Assembly (NCBI RefSeq): GCF_023585785.1 | Contig: NZ_CP097765.1 | Location: forward strand, 750,001 to 782,000 | Direction: 5' to 3' | Length of the DNA stretch: 32,000 bases | Origin: Blochmannia endosymbiont of Camponotus modoc | GTDB taxonomy: Bacteria; Pseudomonadota; Gammaproteobacteria; Enterobacterales; Enterobacteriaceae | Part shown: in pieces, positions 24,635 to 32,000 of the stretch | Layout of the letters: every line of letters begins with the position of its first letter | Numbering within the stretch: position 1 is the stretch's first letter | Notes under the pieces: model-generated | Told to the model about the DNA's origin: nothing | What the model saw: only the letters and a program-made list of their open reading frames with translations | The model's database searches: none | Program-made: the position numbers and the translations under genes

Positions 24635-25180
24635 ATGATGAAGTTAAAAAAGTTTTTTATAGATATTGGTTCTATATTACGTAGTATTTGGATGATAGGC
24701 ATGCAAGCATTTAGTAAACGTGAAACTCGGATGTATCCCGACGTTCCGTATATTCCATCACCTAGATATCGTGGTCGTATCGTATTGACTCGAGACTCTT
24801 CGGGTCGAGAACGTTGTGTAGCTTGTAATTTATGCGCTGTAGCTTGTCCAGTAGGGTGTATTTCTTTGAAAAAAGGAGAATCTACAGATGGTCGGTGGTA
24901 TCCAAAATTTTTTAGAATCAATTTTTCTAGATGTATTTTTTGTGGTATGTGTGAAGAGGCATGTCCAACAGCAGCTATTCAATTAACTCCAGATTTTGAA
25001 ATGAGTGACTTTAAAAGACATGATTTAGTGTATGAAAAGTCTGATTTATTAATATCGGGTCCTGGAAAATATTTAGAGTATGATTTTTATCGATTTTCTG
25101 GTAAGGAAATATTAGATAAAAAAAAGGGGGACGCGATAAAAGAATCAAAGCCTATAAATGTTAAAAACATATTACCTTAA
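24635..25180 (+). CDS. nuoI: NADH-quinone oxidoreductase subunit I
   Basis: The 181-aa ORF has two 4Fe-4S ferredoxin motifs ([12 protein letters not shown] and [12 protein letters not shown]) and is collinear with E. coli NuoI (180 aa). Confidence 0.96.
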   Translation: MMKLKKFFIDIGSILRSIWMIGMQAFSKRETRMYPDVPYIPSPRYRGRIVLTRDSSGRERCVACNLCAVACPVGCISLKKGESTDGRWYPKFFRINFSRCIFCGMCEEACPTAAIQLTPDFEMSDFKRHDLVYEKSDLLISGPGKYLEYDFYRFSGKEILDKKKGDAIKESKPINVKNILP

Positions 25181-25213
25181 TTTTAAAGTGATGGTTAATG
25201 AGAGGAGTGTGGC

Positions 25214-25744
25214 ATGATGGCTCTATTTTATATTTCTGGAATTATAGCAATATTGTCTACGATATGTGTAATACTGCATTATAATCCAATGCGTGCTTTA
25301 TTATACTTAATAGTTTCATTTTTATCTATATCATGCAATTTTTTTTCTGTAGGAGCATCTTTTGCTGCTGCCTTGGAAATTATTGTTTATGCCGGAGCTA
25401 TCATGATTTTATTCGTATTTGCGATAATGATGCTTAATACAAAAAATATTATATTTGGTATACAAAAAGAAAGTAGATTTTTAAACCCCATATTATGTTG
25501 TGGTTCTGCGTTGTTGGTAGGTATTTTGTTTGCGATTTTACTGTACATATCCTTTGGGTTAAAAGATGATTTTATAAATGTAAACAACTCAATAATAGAT
25601 TCAAAACAAGTTAGTGTTGTATTATTTGGTCCATATATATTAATGGTAGAGCTAGCGTCATTTTTATTATTAGGTGCGTTGATTTCTGTGTTTCATTTGT
25701 CTCAAAATCATACATTATCTGATGATTGCATTGATTCTACTTAA
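25214..25744 (+). CDS. nuoJ: NADH-quinone oxidoreductase subunit J
   Basis: The 176-aa hydrophobic ORF sits in the conserved operon slot and has the NuoJ-like VYAGAIMILFVFAIMML block. A GAGGAG Shine-Dalgarno lies upstream. Confidence 0.9.
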   Translation: MMALFYISGIIAILSTICVILHYNPMRALLYLIVSFLSISCNFFSVGASFAAALEIIVYAGAIMILFVFAIMMLNTKNIIFGIQKESRFLNPILCCGSALLVGILFAILLYISFGLKDDFINVNNSIIDSKQVSVVLFGPYILMVELASFLLLGALISVFHLSQNHTLSDDCIDST

Positions 25745-25761
25745 TTAAAAAAATATAAAAT

Positions 25762-26064
25762 ATGATTCCTTTATCGCATGCTTTTAGTTTATCTATAATT
25801 TTATTTATATTAGGTTTAATAGCTATAATAATAAGACGTGATTTGTTGTTTATATTATTAGGTTTAGAAATTATGATTAACGCTGCTGCTTCAGCATTTG
25901 TGATAGTAGGATCTTGTTTGGGGCAATCAGATGGTCAGGTTATGTATATTTTAGTAATTACTTTATCTGCTTCTGAATCTGCAGTTTCTTTAGCATTATT
26001 ACTTCAATTATATCGTCGTTATCATACATTGCACATTGATAATATTAGTGAGATGCGTGGATGA
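25762..26064 (+). CDS. nuoK: NADH-quinone oxidoreductase subunit K
   Basis: The 100-aa ORF is the same length as E. coli NuoK, with the GLEIMINAA and ESAV.LALL motifs. Confidence 0.93.
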   Translation: MIPLSHAFSLSIILFILGLIAIIIRRDLLFILLGLEIMINAAASAFVIVGSCLGQSDGQVMYILVITLSASESAVSLALLLQLYRRYHTLHIDNISEMRG

Positions 26065-27947
26065 ATTTACTTTTTTTAACTATACTTTTCCCATTATTAG
26101 GATTTATTACGTTAGCTATTTCTCAAGGAAAATGGTCAGAAAAGACTTCTTCTATAATAGGAGTAGGTACGGTAGGTATATCAGTATTGGTTGCTATATA
26201 CATCATATTTAATTTTTATTGCAATTCCAGTAATGACATTAATTTTGTGTTTGTACAGGAACTTTGGACCTGGTTTACTATTGATACCTTATGTATTACT
26301 GTAGCACTTAGATTAGATGGGTTGTCCTTAATCATGTTATCAGTAATTATTGGTGTTGGATTTATCATTCATTTATATGCCGCTTGGTATATGAGTGGAT
26401 GTGAAGGATATTCTCGTTTTTTTGCTTACACTAATTTATTTATGGCAAATATGGTGCTTTTGGTGCTTTCAGATAATTTGTTATTGATGTACTTTGGATG
26501 GGAAGGCGTAGGACTGTGTAGTTATTTATTAATCGGATTTTACTATTCTGATTCTAGGAATGGAATAGCAGCTTTAAAAGCATTTATTATTACTCGTGTT
26601 GGAGACATATGTTTGGTATGTGCGTTATTCATGATTTATGATCAATATCATACCTTGAGTTTTAGTAAATTACTAACGTTGGAACTAAAATGTTCATCGT
26701 GTCATATTTTTAATGATATCACATGGGTATCTTTTATGTTACTTATTGGGGCAATAGGCAAATCAGCTCAGTTACCCTTACAAAATTGGTTAACTAGCGC
26801 TATGGCTGGTCCAACTCCAGTGTCGGCATTGATTCACGCAGCTACTATGGTCACTTCTGGTGTGTATTTAATAATTCGTATGAATAAATTTTTTTTAATG
26901 ACTCCAAATATTTTATACTTGACTGGTGTTATTGGTTCATTAACTGTGATTTTATTTAGTTGTTCCGCGTTATTTCAGAGCAATATTAAAAAGATTTTAG
27001 CATATTCTACTATAAGTCAAATAGGATACATGTTTTTAGCGCTCGGAGGTCGACATTGGGATGCAGCTATGTTTCATTTAGTAACACATTCTTTTTTTAA
27101 AGCGTTGTTGTTTTTATCTGCGGGTTCATTAATTTACGCTTGCAGATATGAACAAAATATTTTTAAGATGGGAGGGTTATATAAATTTATACCTTTAATT
27201 TATGTTTGTTTTTTAATAGGCGGAGCATCTTTATCTGGAGTACCTATAATTACTGCTGGAGTTTATTCAAAAGAAATGATCATGTTAAAAACATTAGCTA
27301 ATCATGATTATTTTTTCTTGTTATCTGGATTAATAGGAATGTTTTTAACACCTATTTATACGTTTCGAATGATTTTTGTTGTGTTTCATGGTGAAAAAAA
27401 AATAGAGCCATGTGTATGTAATAAAATCACTCAAAATTTACCATTAATCTTATTGTTATTGTTATCGACGTTTATTGGTGGATGGATAAAATTACCTTTG
27501 TTAACAGATACTATAATTACTAACGTTGGTGAAGTGTATAATTATAGTCAAATATATTTTGAAATAATATCGGGGCTTTTAGTAATGTTTGGTATTTGGT
27601 TGGCATCAATTTTTTGGATGGATTTTTTGCGTGGGATTACAAGACCGGTTATTAGACCTCGTGCAACAGAAGTAGTAGAACGATACATAGTATTGTTATG
27701 TTATTATGGATGGGGATTTGATTGGTTTTACAAATTGATATTTATAAAGCCATATTTATTTATAACAAAAAAATTGTCTTATTCTGATCCAGTTGATGTA
27801 ATAGTGAATGTTATCGTATCGTTATTATGTTGGATTAAGAATGGTTTGATATGTAGTGAAAATGGTAAACTCAGTTGGTACATAGTATCAATGAACATAG
27901 GGGCAATTATGATATTAATCATGATATTAATTTATGATCGTCTGTAA
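26061..27947 (+). CDS. nuoL: NADH-quinone oxidoreductase subunit L
   Basis: The 628-aa antiporter-like subunit has the [26 protein letters not shown] and [14 protein letters not shown] motifs. It makes an ATGA overlap with the nuoK stop. Confidence 0.95.
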   Translation: MNLLFLTILFPLLGFITLAISQGKWSEKTSSIIGVGTVGISVLVAIYIIFNFYCNSSNDINFVFVQELWTWFTIDTLCITVALRLDGLSLIMLSVIIGVGFIIHLYAAWYMSGCEGYSRFFAYTNLFMANMVLLVLSDNLLLMYFGWEGVGLCSYLLIGFYYSDSRNGIAALKAFIITRVGDICLVCALFMIYDQYHTLSFSKLLTLELKCSSCHIFNDITWVSFMLLIGAIGKSAQLPLQNWLTSAMAGPTPVSALIHAATMVTSGVYLIIRMNKFFLMTPNILYLTGVIGSLTVILFSCSALFQSNIKKILAYSTISQIGYMFLALGGRHWDAAMFHLVTHSFFKALLFLSAGSLIYACRYEQNIFKMGGLYKFIPLIYVCFLIGGASLSGVPIITAGVYSKEMIMLKTLANHDYFFLLSGLIGMFLTPIYTFRMIFVVFHGEKKIEPCVCNKITQNLPLILLLLLSTFIGGWIKLPLLTDTIITNVGEVYNYSQIYFEIISGLLVMFGIWLASIFWMDFLRGITRPVIRPRATEVVERYIVLLCYYGWGFDWFYKLIFIKPYLFITKKLSYSDPVDVIVNVIVSLLCWIKNGLICSENGKLSWYIVSMNIGAIMILIMILIYDRL

Positions 27948-28029
27948 ATCAGTATAGTATTCTTGATTTATAATATGAGGAAATACAAATATTTAATGTA
28001 TATGTTTTAGAGAGAAAAACAAAAACAAT

Positions 28030-29571
28030 ATGTTATTAATTATCTTAATATTTATTCCTTTTGTTTTTGGACTGTTATGTTGGCAATCAGAACGTATTGG
28101 ATATTGGGTACCGCGTTGGGTTGCTTTATCTGGGATGAGCATAACATTCATTACTACTGTTTTTTTATGGCAGTATGAGTGCCATAATCTATTAAATGTG
28201 CATCCAACAGAACATGTGTTTCCTAAATGGCAATTAGAATACATATATCCTTGGATCCCAAGATTTGGAATTAGCGTGCATTTAGCGTTAGATGGATTTT
28301 CTTTGTTGATGGTAACATTAACTGGATTTTTAGGATGCATGGCAGTGTTATGTTCTTGGTGTGAGATTCAGCGTTATCACGGTCTTTTTTATCTTAATTT
28401 ATTGTGGATTTTAGGTGGAGTTATTGGTGTTTTTTTATCAATTGATATGCTTTTGTTCTTTTTTTTCTGGGAAATAATGCTTATTCCAATGTATTTTTTG
28501 ATATCTTTATGGGGACACAAAGAGGTTAATAGAAGCGGTCGTATTAATACTGCTATTAAATTTTTTGTTTATACTCAATTTAGCGGATTATTTATGTTAA
28601 TTTCTATTATTACTCTTGTTTCTATATATCATGATATACATGGTGTGTGGTCGTTTAATTATCAAGATTTATTGAATATGTTGCTGCCAGTGAATACGGA
28701 ATATTTAATTATGTTGGGGTTTTTTTTTGCTTTTGCAGTAAAAATGCCAATCGTTCCTTTTCATGTTTGGTTGCCTGATGTTCATAGCCAAGCTCCTACT
28801 GCTGGGTCAGTAGATTTAGCAGGAATTTTATTAAAAACAGCGGCTTATGGATTTTTCCGATTTGTTTTACCGTTATTTCCTTGTGCTTCAAAAGCTTTTG
28901 CCCCAATTGCTATGTGTTTGGGTCTGGTAAATATTTTTTATGGAGCTTTTATGGCATTCGCACAAACTGATGTTAAACGTTTAATTGCGTATACTAGTAT
29001 ATCTCATATGGGATTTGTATTGATCGCAATTTATAGTGGTACTCACTTATCATATCAGGGTGCTGTGATACAAATGATTTCTCATAGTTTATCTGTTTCT
29101 GGAATGTTTATAATTTGTGGTCAATTATACGAGCGAACACGTACTCGAGATATGCGTTTGATGGGAGGGTTATGGAGTCGCATGCATTTAATTCCTGCTT
29201 TTTCTTTATGTTTCGCAGTAGCAACACTTGGATTACCCGGTACTGGAAATTTTATAGGAGAAGTAACGATTTTGTTTGGTAATTTTCAATCAGCACCTAT
29301 AATTACAATAATAGCTTGTTTTGGGATAATATTATCATCAATTTATTCTCTTATTTTAATGCAACGTATATATTATGGTCCAATATTGGTTCCCAGAGTT
29401 ACTAAAAGCAGGTTATTAAGAAATATGACACTACGGGAAAAGAATATTATTATAACGTTGTTATTATGTATTTTTTTAATTGGTTTTTTTCCGCAATATA
29501 TTTTGAATGTTTCATATACGACAATGCACAATCTTTGTATTTTGTTAAAAGAATATAACTGTTCAATGTGA
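28030..29571 (+). CDS. nuoM: NADH-quinone oxidoreductase subunit M
   Basis: The 513-aa ORF is collinear with E. coli NuoM (509 aa), with WIPRFGISVHLALDG, FFFFWEIMLIPMYFLI and HSQAPTAGSVDLAGILLKTAAYG. Confidence 0.96.
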   Translation: MLLIILIFIPFVFGLLCWQSERIGYWVPRWVALSGMSITFITTVFLWQYECHNLLNVHPTEHVFPKWQLEYIYPWIPRFGISVHLALDGFSLLMVTLTGFLGCMAVLCSWCEIQRYHGLFYLNLLWILGGVIGVFLSIDMLLFFFFWEIMLIPMYFLISLWGHKEVNRSGRINTAIKFFVYTQFSGLFMLISIITLVSIYHDIHGVWSFNYQDLLNMLLPVNTEYLIMLGFFFAFAVKMPIVPFHVWLPDVHSQAPTAGSVDLAGILLKTAAYGFFRFVLPLFPCASKAFAPIAMCLGLVNIFYGAFMAFAQTDVKRLIAYTSISHMGFVLIAIYSGTHLSYQGAVIQMISHSLSVSGMFIICGQLYERTRTRDMRLMGGLWSRMHLIPAFSLCFAVATLGLPGTGNFIGEVTILFGNFQSAPIITIIACFGIILSSIYSLILMQRIYYGPILVPRVTKSRLLRNMTLREKNIIITLLLCIFLIGFFPQYILNVSYTTMHNLCILLKEYNCSM

Positions 29572-29605
29572 TTACATTATAACGATAATAGGATCTTAAT
29601 TTATT

Positions 29606-31096
29606 ATGCTAATAACTTGGACACAAATAATTCTATTGCTGCCTGTATTAATTATTGGAATGACAACAGTCATTATTATGTTATCTATTGCATATCGTCG
29701 TAATTTATTTTTACATACCTCATTAACAATATTCGGATTTAGTTTAGCAATTATATCGATTGGATTGGTATGGGATCAAAGAGCTCAAAACGTTTTTCAA
29801 TTAATGTGTGTTGATGATTTTTCTATATTATACATAATATTGGTATTAGTTTCTGGTTTATCAAGCTCCGTATTGGCTTATAAATGGTTGTTAATTTATC
29901 CGAGTAATAATCGTGATGAGTTTTATTTATTATTACTTATTTCTAGTATTGGTGGTATTTTATTGGCAACTGCGAATCATTTAGTAATATTATTTTTAGG
30001 AATGGAACTGATTTCATTGCCGTTATTTGGGTTGATAGGTTATTCTTTTTTTAAAAAATTTTCTTTAGAAGCAAGTATTAAATATATTATATTATCTGGA
30101 GTATCTTCATCATTTATATTATTTGGTATAGCATTGATATATGCTGCAACTGGTTTTTTGTCTTTTACTAGTATTAATCAATTGTTACGTTTACATATTA
30201 TTGCGTCGAATCAATCTATACTTATGTCAACCATAGGACTAGGTATGATGATGGTTGGGTTCGGATTTAAATTGTCATTAGTTCCTTTTCATTTATGGAC
30301 TCCTGATGTATATCAAGGAGCGCCATCTTCAATATCATTGTATCTGACAACTAGCAGTAAAATAGCTGTAATATCTGTATTAATACGATTATTGATGGTG
30401 TTTCCTAATCAGTATAATAAGGTATTTTGTGTATTTTTATCAGGTATTGCATGTTGTTCAGCGTTATTTGGTAATTTAATGGCTATTAAACAAGATAATA
30501 TTAAGCGGGTTTTAGCTTATTCTTCAATTGCACATACAGGTTATGTTTTGATTGGTGTAATTGCGATACTACAGGTCAACCCCATTGCTTTGGAAACTAT
30601 TGGTATTTATCTTACAAGTTACGTGCTGACTAGTATTGGCGCATTTGGTATTATCAGTATAATGTCGTTTTTTTATGCCAATGAGGACACAGACGTAGAT
30701 TCTTTATTTGTATATCGTGGTCTTTTTTGGCATCAGCCAATGTTATCGGTATTATTTACGATTATTATATTGTCTCTAGCAGGTATACCTATGACATTAG
30801 GTTTCATTGGGAAATTTTATTTGTTTTTTTTGGGAATAGACAGTAAATTATGGTGGCTTACTATTTTTATATCAATGAGTAGTGTTATTAGTATATTTTA
30901 TTATTTAAGAGTTATAATAAATTTATATCTTAGTCCTACAAATCGTTTAAATATCAACTCTGATTCTTTATCTAGTTGGAGTGTTACTCCTGATGGGATA
31001 ATAGTGATTATAGTATCTTTTTCTATATTATTTTTAGGATTATACCCAAAGCCTTTGATTTATTTTGTGCATTTAATATACCCACCGGTAGTTTAA
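29606..31096 (+). CDS. nuoN: NADH-quinone oxidoreductase subunit N
   Basis: The 496-aa ORF is collinear with E. coli NuoN ([55 protein letters not shown]). Confidence 0.95.
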   Translation: MLITWTQIILLLPVLIIGMTTVIIMLSIAYRRNLFLHTSLTIFGFSLAIISIGLVWDQRAQNVFQLMCVDDFSILYIILVLVSGLSSSVLAYKWLLIYPSNNRDEFYLLLLISSIGGILLATANHLVILFLGMELISLPLFGLIGYSFFKKFSLEASIKYIILSGVSSSFILFGIALIYAATGFLSFTSINQLLRLHIIASNQSILMSTIGLGMMMVGFGFKLSLVPFHLWTPDVYQGAPSSISLYLTTSSKIAVISVLIRLLMVFPNQYNKVFCVFLSGIACCSALFGNLMAIKQDNIKRVLAYSSIAHTGYVLIGVIAILQVNPIALETIGIYLTSYVLTSIGAFGIISIMSFFYANEDTDVDSLFVYRGLFWHQPMLSVLFTIIILSLAGIPMTLGFIGKFYLFFLGIDSKLWWLTIFISMSSVISIFYYLRVIINLYLSPTNRLNINSDSLSSWSVTPDGIIVIIVSFSILFLGLYPKPLIYFVHLIYPPVV

Positions 31097-31200
31097 TTGC
31101 AATCCAAATGTAATTGGACGATTTTGATTTATATTTTAAATTATTTAACGAATGATTTTATGAGTTTATGAATTTATAATAATGTCGTTTAAGACACATA

Positions 31201-31491
31201 TTACAGTAGTTTTAATATAATATGTTCTATAGGAACGCAGCAGCATATTAAAATTTCATTAGAACGAATAGAACCTAAAGGTTCTGTGTAATATTGTACT
31301 TTTCCTCTTATTAATAAGGCACGGCAACTTCCACAGTAACCCGATCGACATTGATAATTTAATGATGGTATATGATGCATTTCCAATGCTTCTAATAAGG
31401 AACGATATGTTCTGTTATTATGCACAAATTGTATATTTAAATATTTTTTTTGAAGAAAAAATATTTTACAATTGAAAATCATGAAATTCAT
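31201..31491 (-). CDS. yfaE: 2Fe-2S ferredoxin (diferric-tyrosyl radical cofactor maintenance for NrdB)
   Basis: The ORF matches E. coli YfaE (SLLEALE...[12 protein letters not shown]...EILICCC, with the Cys ligand pattern conserved) and lies directly downstream of nrdB as in E. coli. The start is ambiguous: TTG at 31500, or ATG at 31491 or 31482. All three overlap the nrdB 3' end. Confidence 0.8.
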   Translation of the reverse strand: MNFMIFNCKIFFLQKKYLNIQFVHNNRTYRSLLEALEMHHIPSLNYQCRSGYCGSCRALLIRGKVQYYTEPLGSIRSNEILICCCVPIEHIILKLL

Positions 31492-32000
31492 TTTCGTCAA
31501 TATTAGGATCTATTTGACCTACTAGATAAGAACTGGCTTCTACTTCTTGTGGTGCCACTTGAACATTATCTGATGACAACCAAGAATTAATCCAGGGTAT
31601 CACATTAGATTTGGTGTTAAAGGGTGTTCCTAGCCCGATTGCTTGCATACGTATATTGGTAATATATTCAATGTATTGACAAAGTATATCTTTATTTAAA
31701 CCTATCATAGAGCCATCTTTAAATAAATAGTTAGCCCAATTTTTTTCTTGTTCTGCAGCCATTAAAAATAGCGCATAACTTTCTTTTTGGCATTCTGTAC
31801 TGATATCGGCCATTTCTGGATCATCTGACCCAGAGCGCATTAAGTTTAAAATATGTTGAGTAGCGTTTAAATGCAAAGCTTCGTCACGTGCTATAAGTCG
31901 TATAATTTTTGCATTACCTTCCATGAGTTTTCGTTCAGCAAATGCAAAAGAACAGGCGAAGCTGACATAAAAACGAATAGCTTCTAGCACGTTAACGCTA
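31466..32000 (-). CDS. nrdB: Ribonucleoside-diphosphate reductase beta subunit, 3' portion (the gene continues beyond the window end)
   Basis: The translation ...[43 protein letters not shown]...[20 protein letters not shown] is near-identical to the C-terminal half of E. coli NrdB. The frame stays open to position 32000. The track's start at 31990 is an internal GTG. Confidence 0.95.
   Translation of the reverse strand, partial: SVNVLEAIRFYVSFACSFAFAERKLMEGNAKIIRLIARDEALHLNATQHILNLMRSGSDDPEMADISTECQKESYALFLMAAEQEKNWANYLFKDGSMIGLNKDILCQYIEYITNIRMQAIGLGTPFNTKSNVIPWINSWLSSDNVQVAPQEVEASSYLVGQIDPNIDENEFHDFQL

Noticed and set aside
24526-24921. 131-aa ORF antisense to nuoH/nuoI. Similar antisense ORFs occur at 27993-28340, 21480-21791, 22292-22576, 20890-21108, 20348-20581, 19442-19657, 13453-13647, 12411-12638, 10491-10709, 1724-1924, 2425-2649, 3124-3312, 5039-5224, 23779-23979 and 25387-25587.
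   Set aside because: All lie wholly within, and opposite to, strongly supported conserved genes. They have no Shine-Dalgarno and a low-complexity or odd composition. They fall in the locally more GC-rich conserved parts of the sense gene, where stop codons are rarer. I treat them as shadow ORFs.
31097-31200. Possible bidirectional terminator between the convergent nuoN and yfaE genes (tccaa-atgtaa-ttgga followed by cgattttgattt).
   Set aside because: The stem is only 5 bp, which is too weak and too common by chance to call.

Overview
This window is very AT-rich (roughly 30% G+C by eye, not computed) and densely packed with housekeeping genes. All proteins align end to end with Escherichia coli orthologues recalled from memory. 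The content fits a reduced-genome Enterobacterales insect endosymbiont, possibly Blochmannia-like, but that assignment is unverified.

Gene order is tRNA-Lys and tRNA-Val (-), gltX, tRNA-Ala, nupC (-), mntH, tRNA-Arg(CCU) (-), aroC and prmB (-), fabB, pdxB, truA, accD, folC, the complete nuoA-N complex I operon with fused nuoCD (about 15.2 kb, nearly half the window), then yfaE and the 3' part of nrdB (-). This matches the E. coli gltX-to-nrdB chromosome segment with many genes deleted. The deletions are replaced by 300-800 bp AT-rich non-coding spacers.

Every CDS looks intact and close to E. coli length. I see no mobile elements, CRISPR arrays, prophage or integrase remnants, toxin or defence-like genes, or unassigned long ORFs.

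I therefore find no evidence of a novel multi-gene system. The observations worth a second look are small-scale:
- a near-consensus stable-RNA promoter
- a MntR-box-like palindrome upstream of mntH
- several statistically unlikely perfect hairpins
- an apparent prmB-aroC block inversion relative to E. coli
- 9-nt homopolymer tracts inside nuo genes
- a substituted Zn ligand in GluRS
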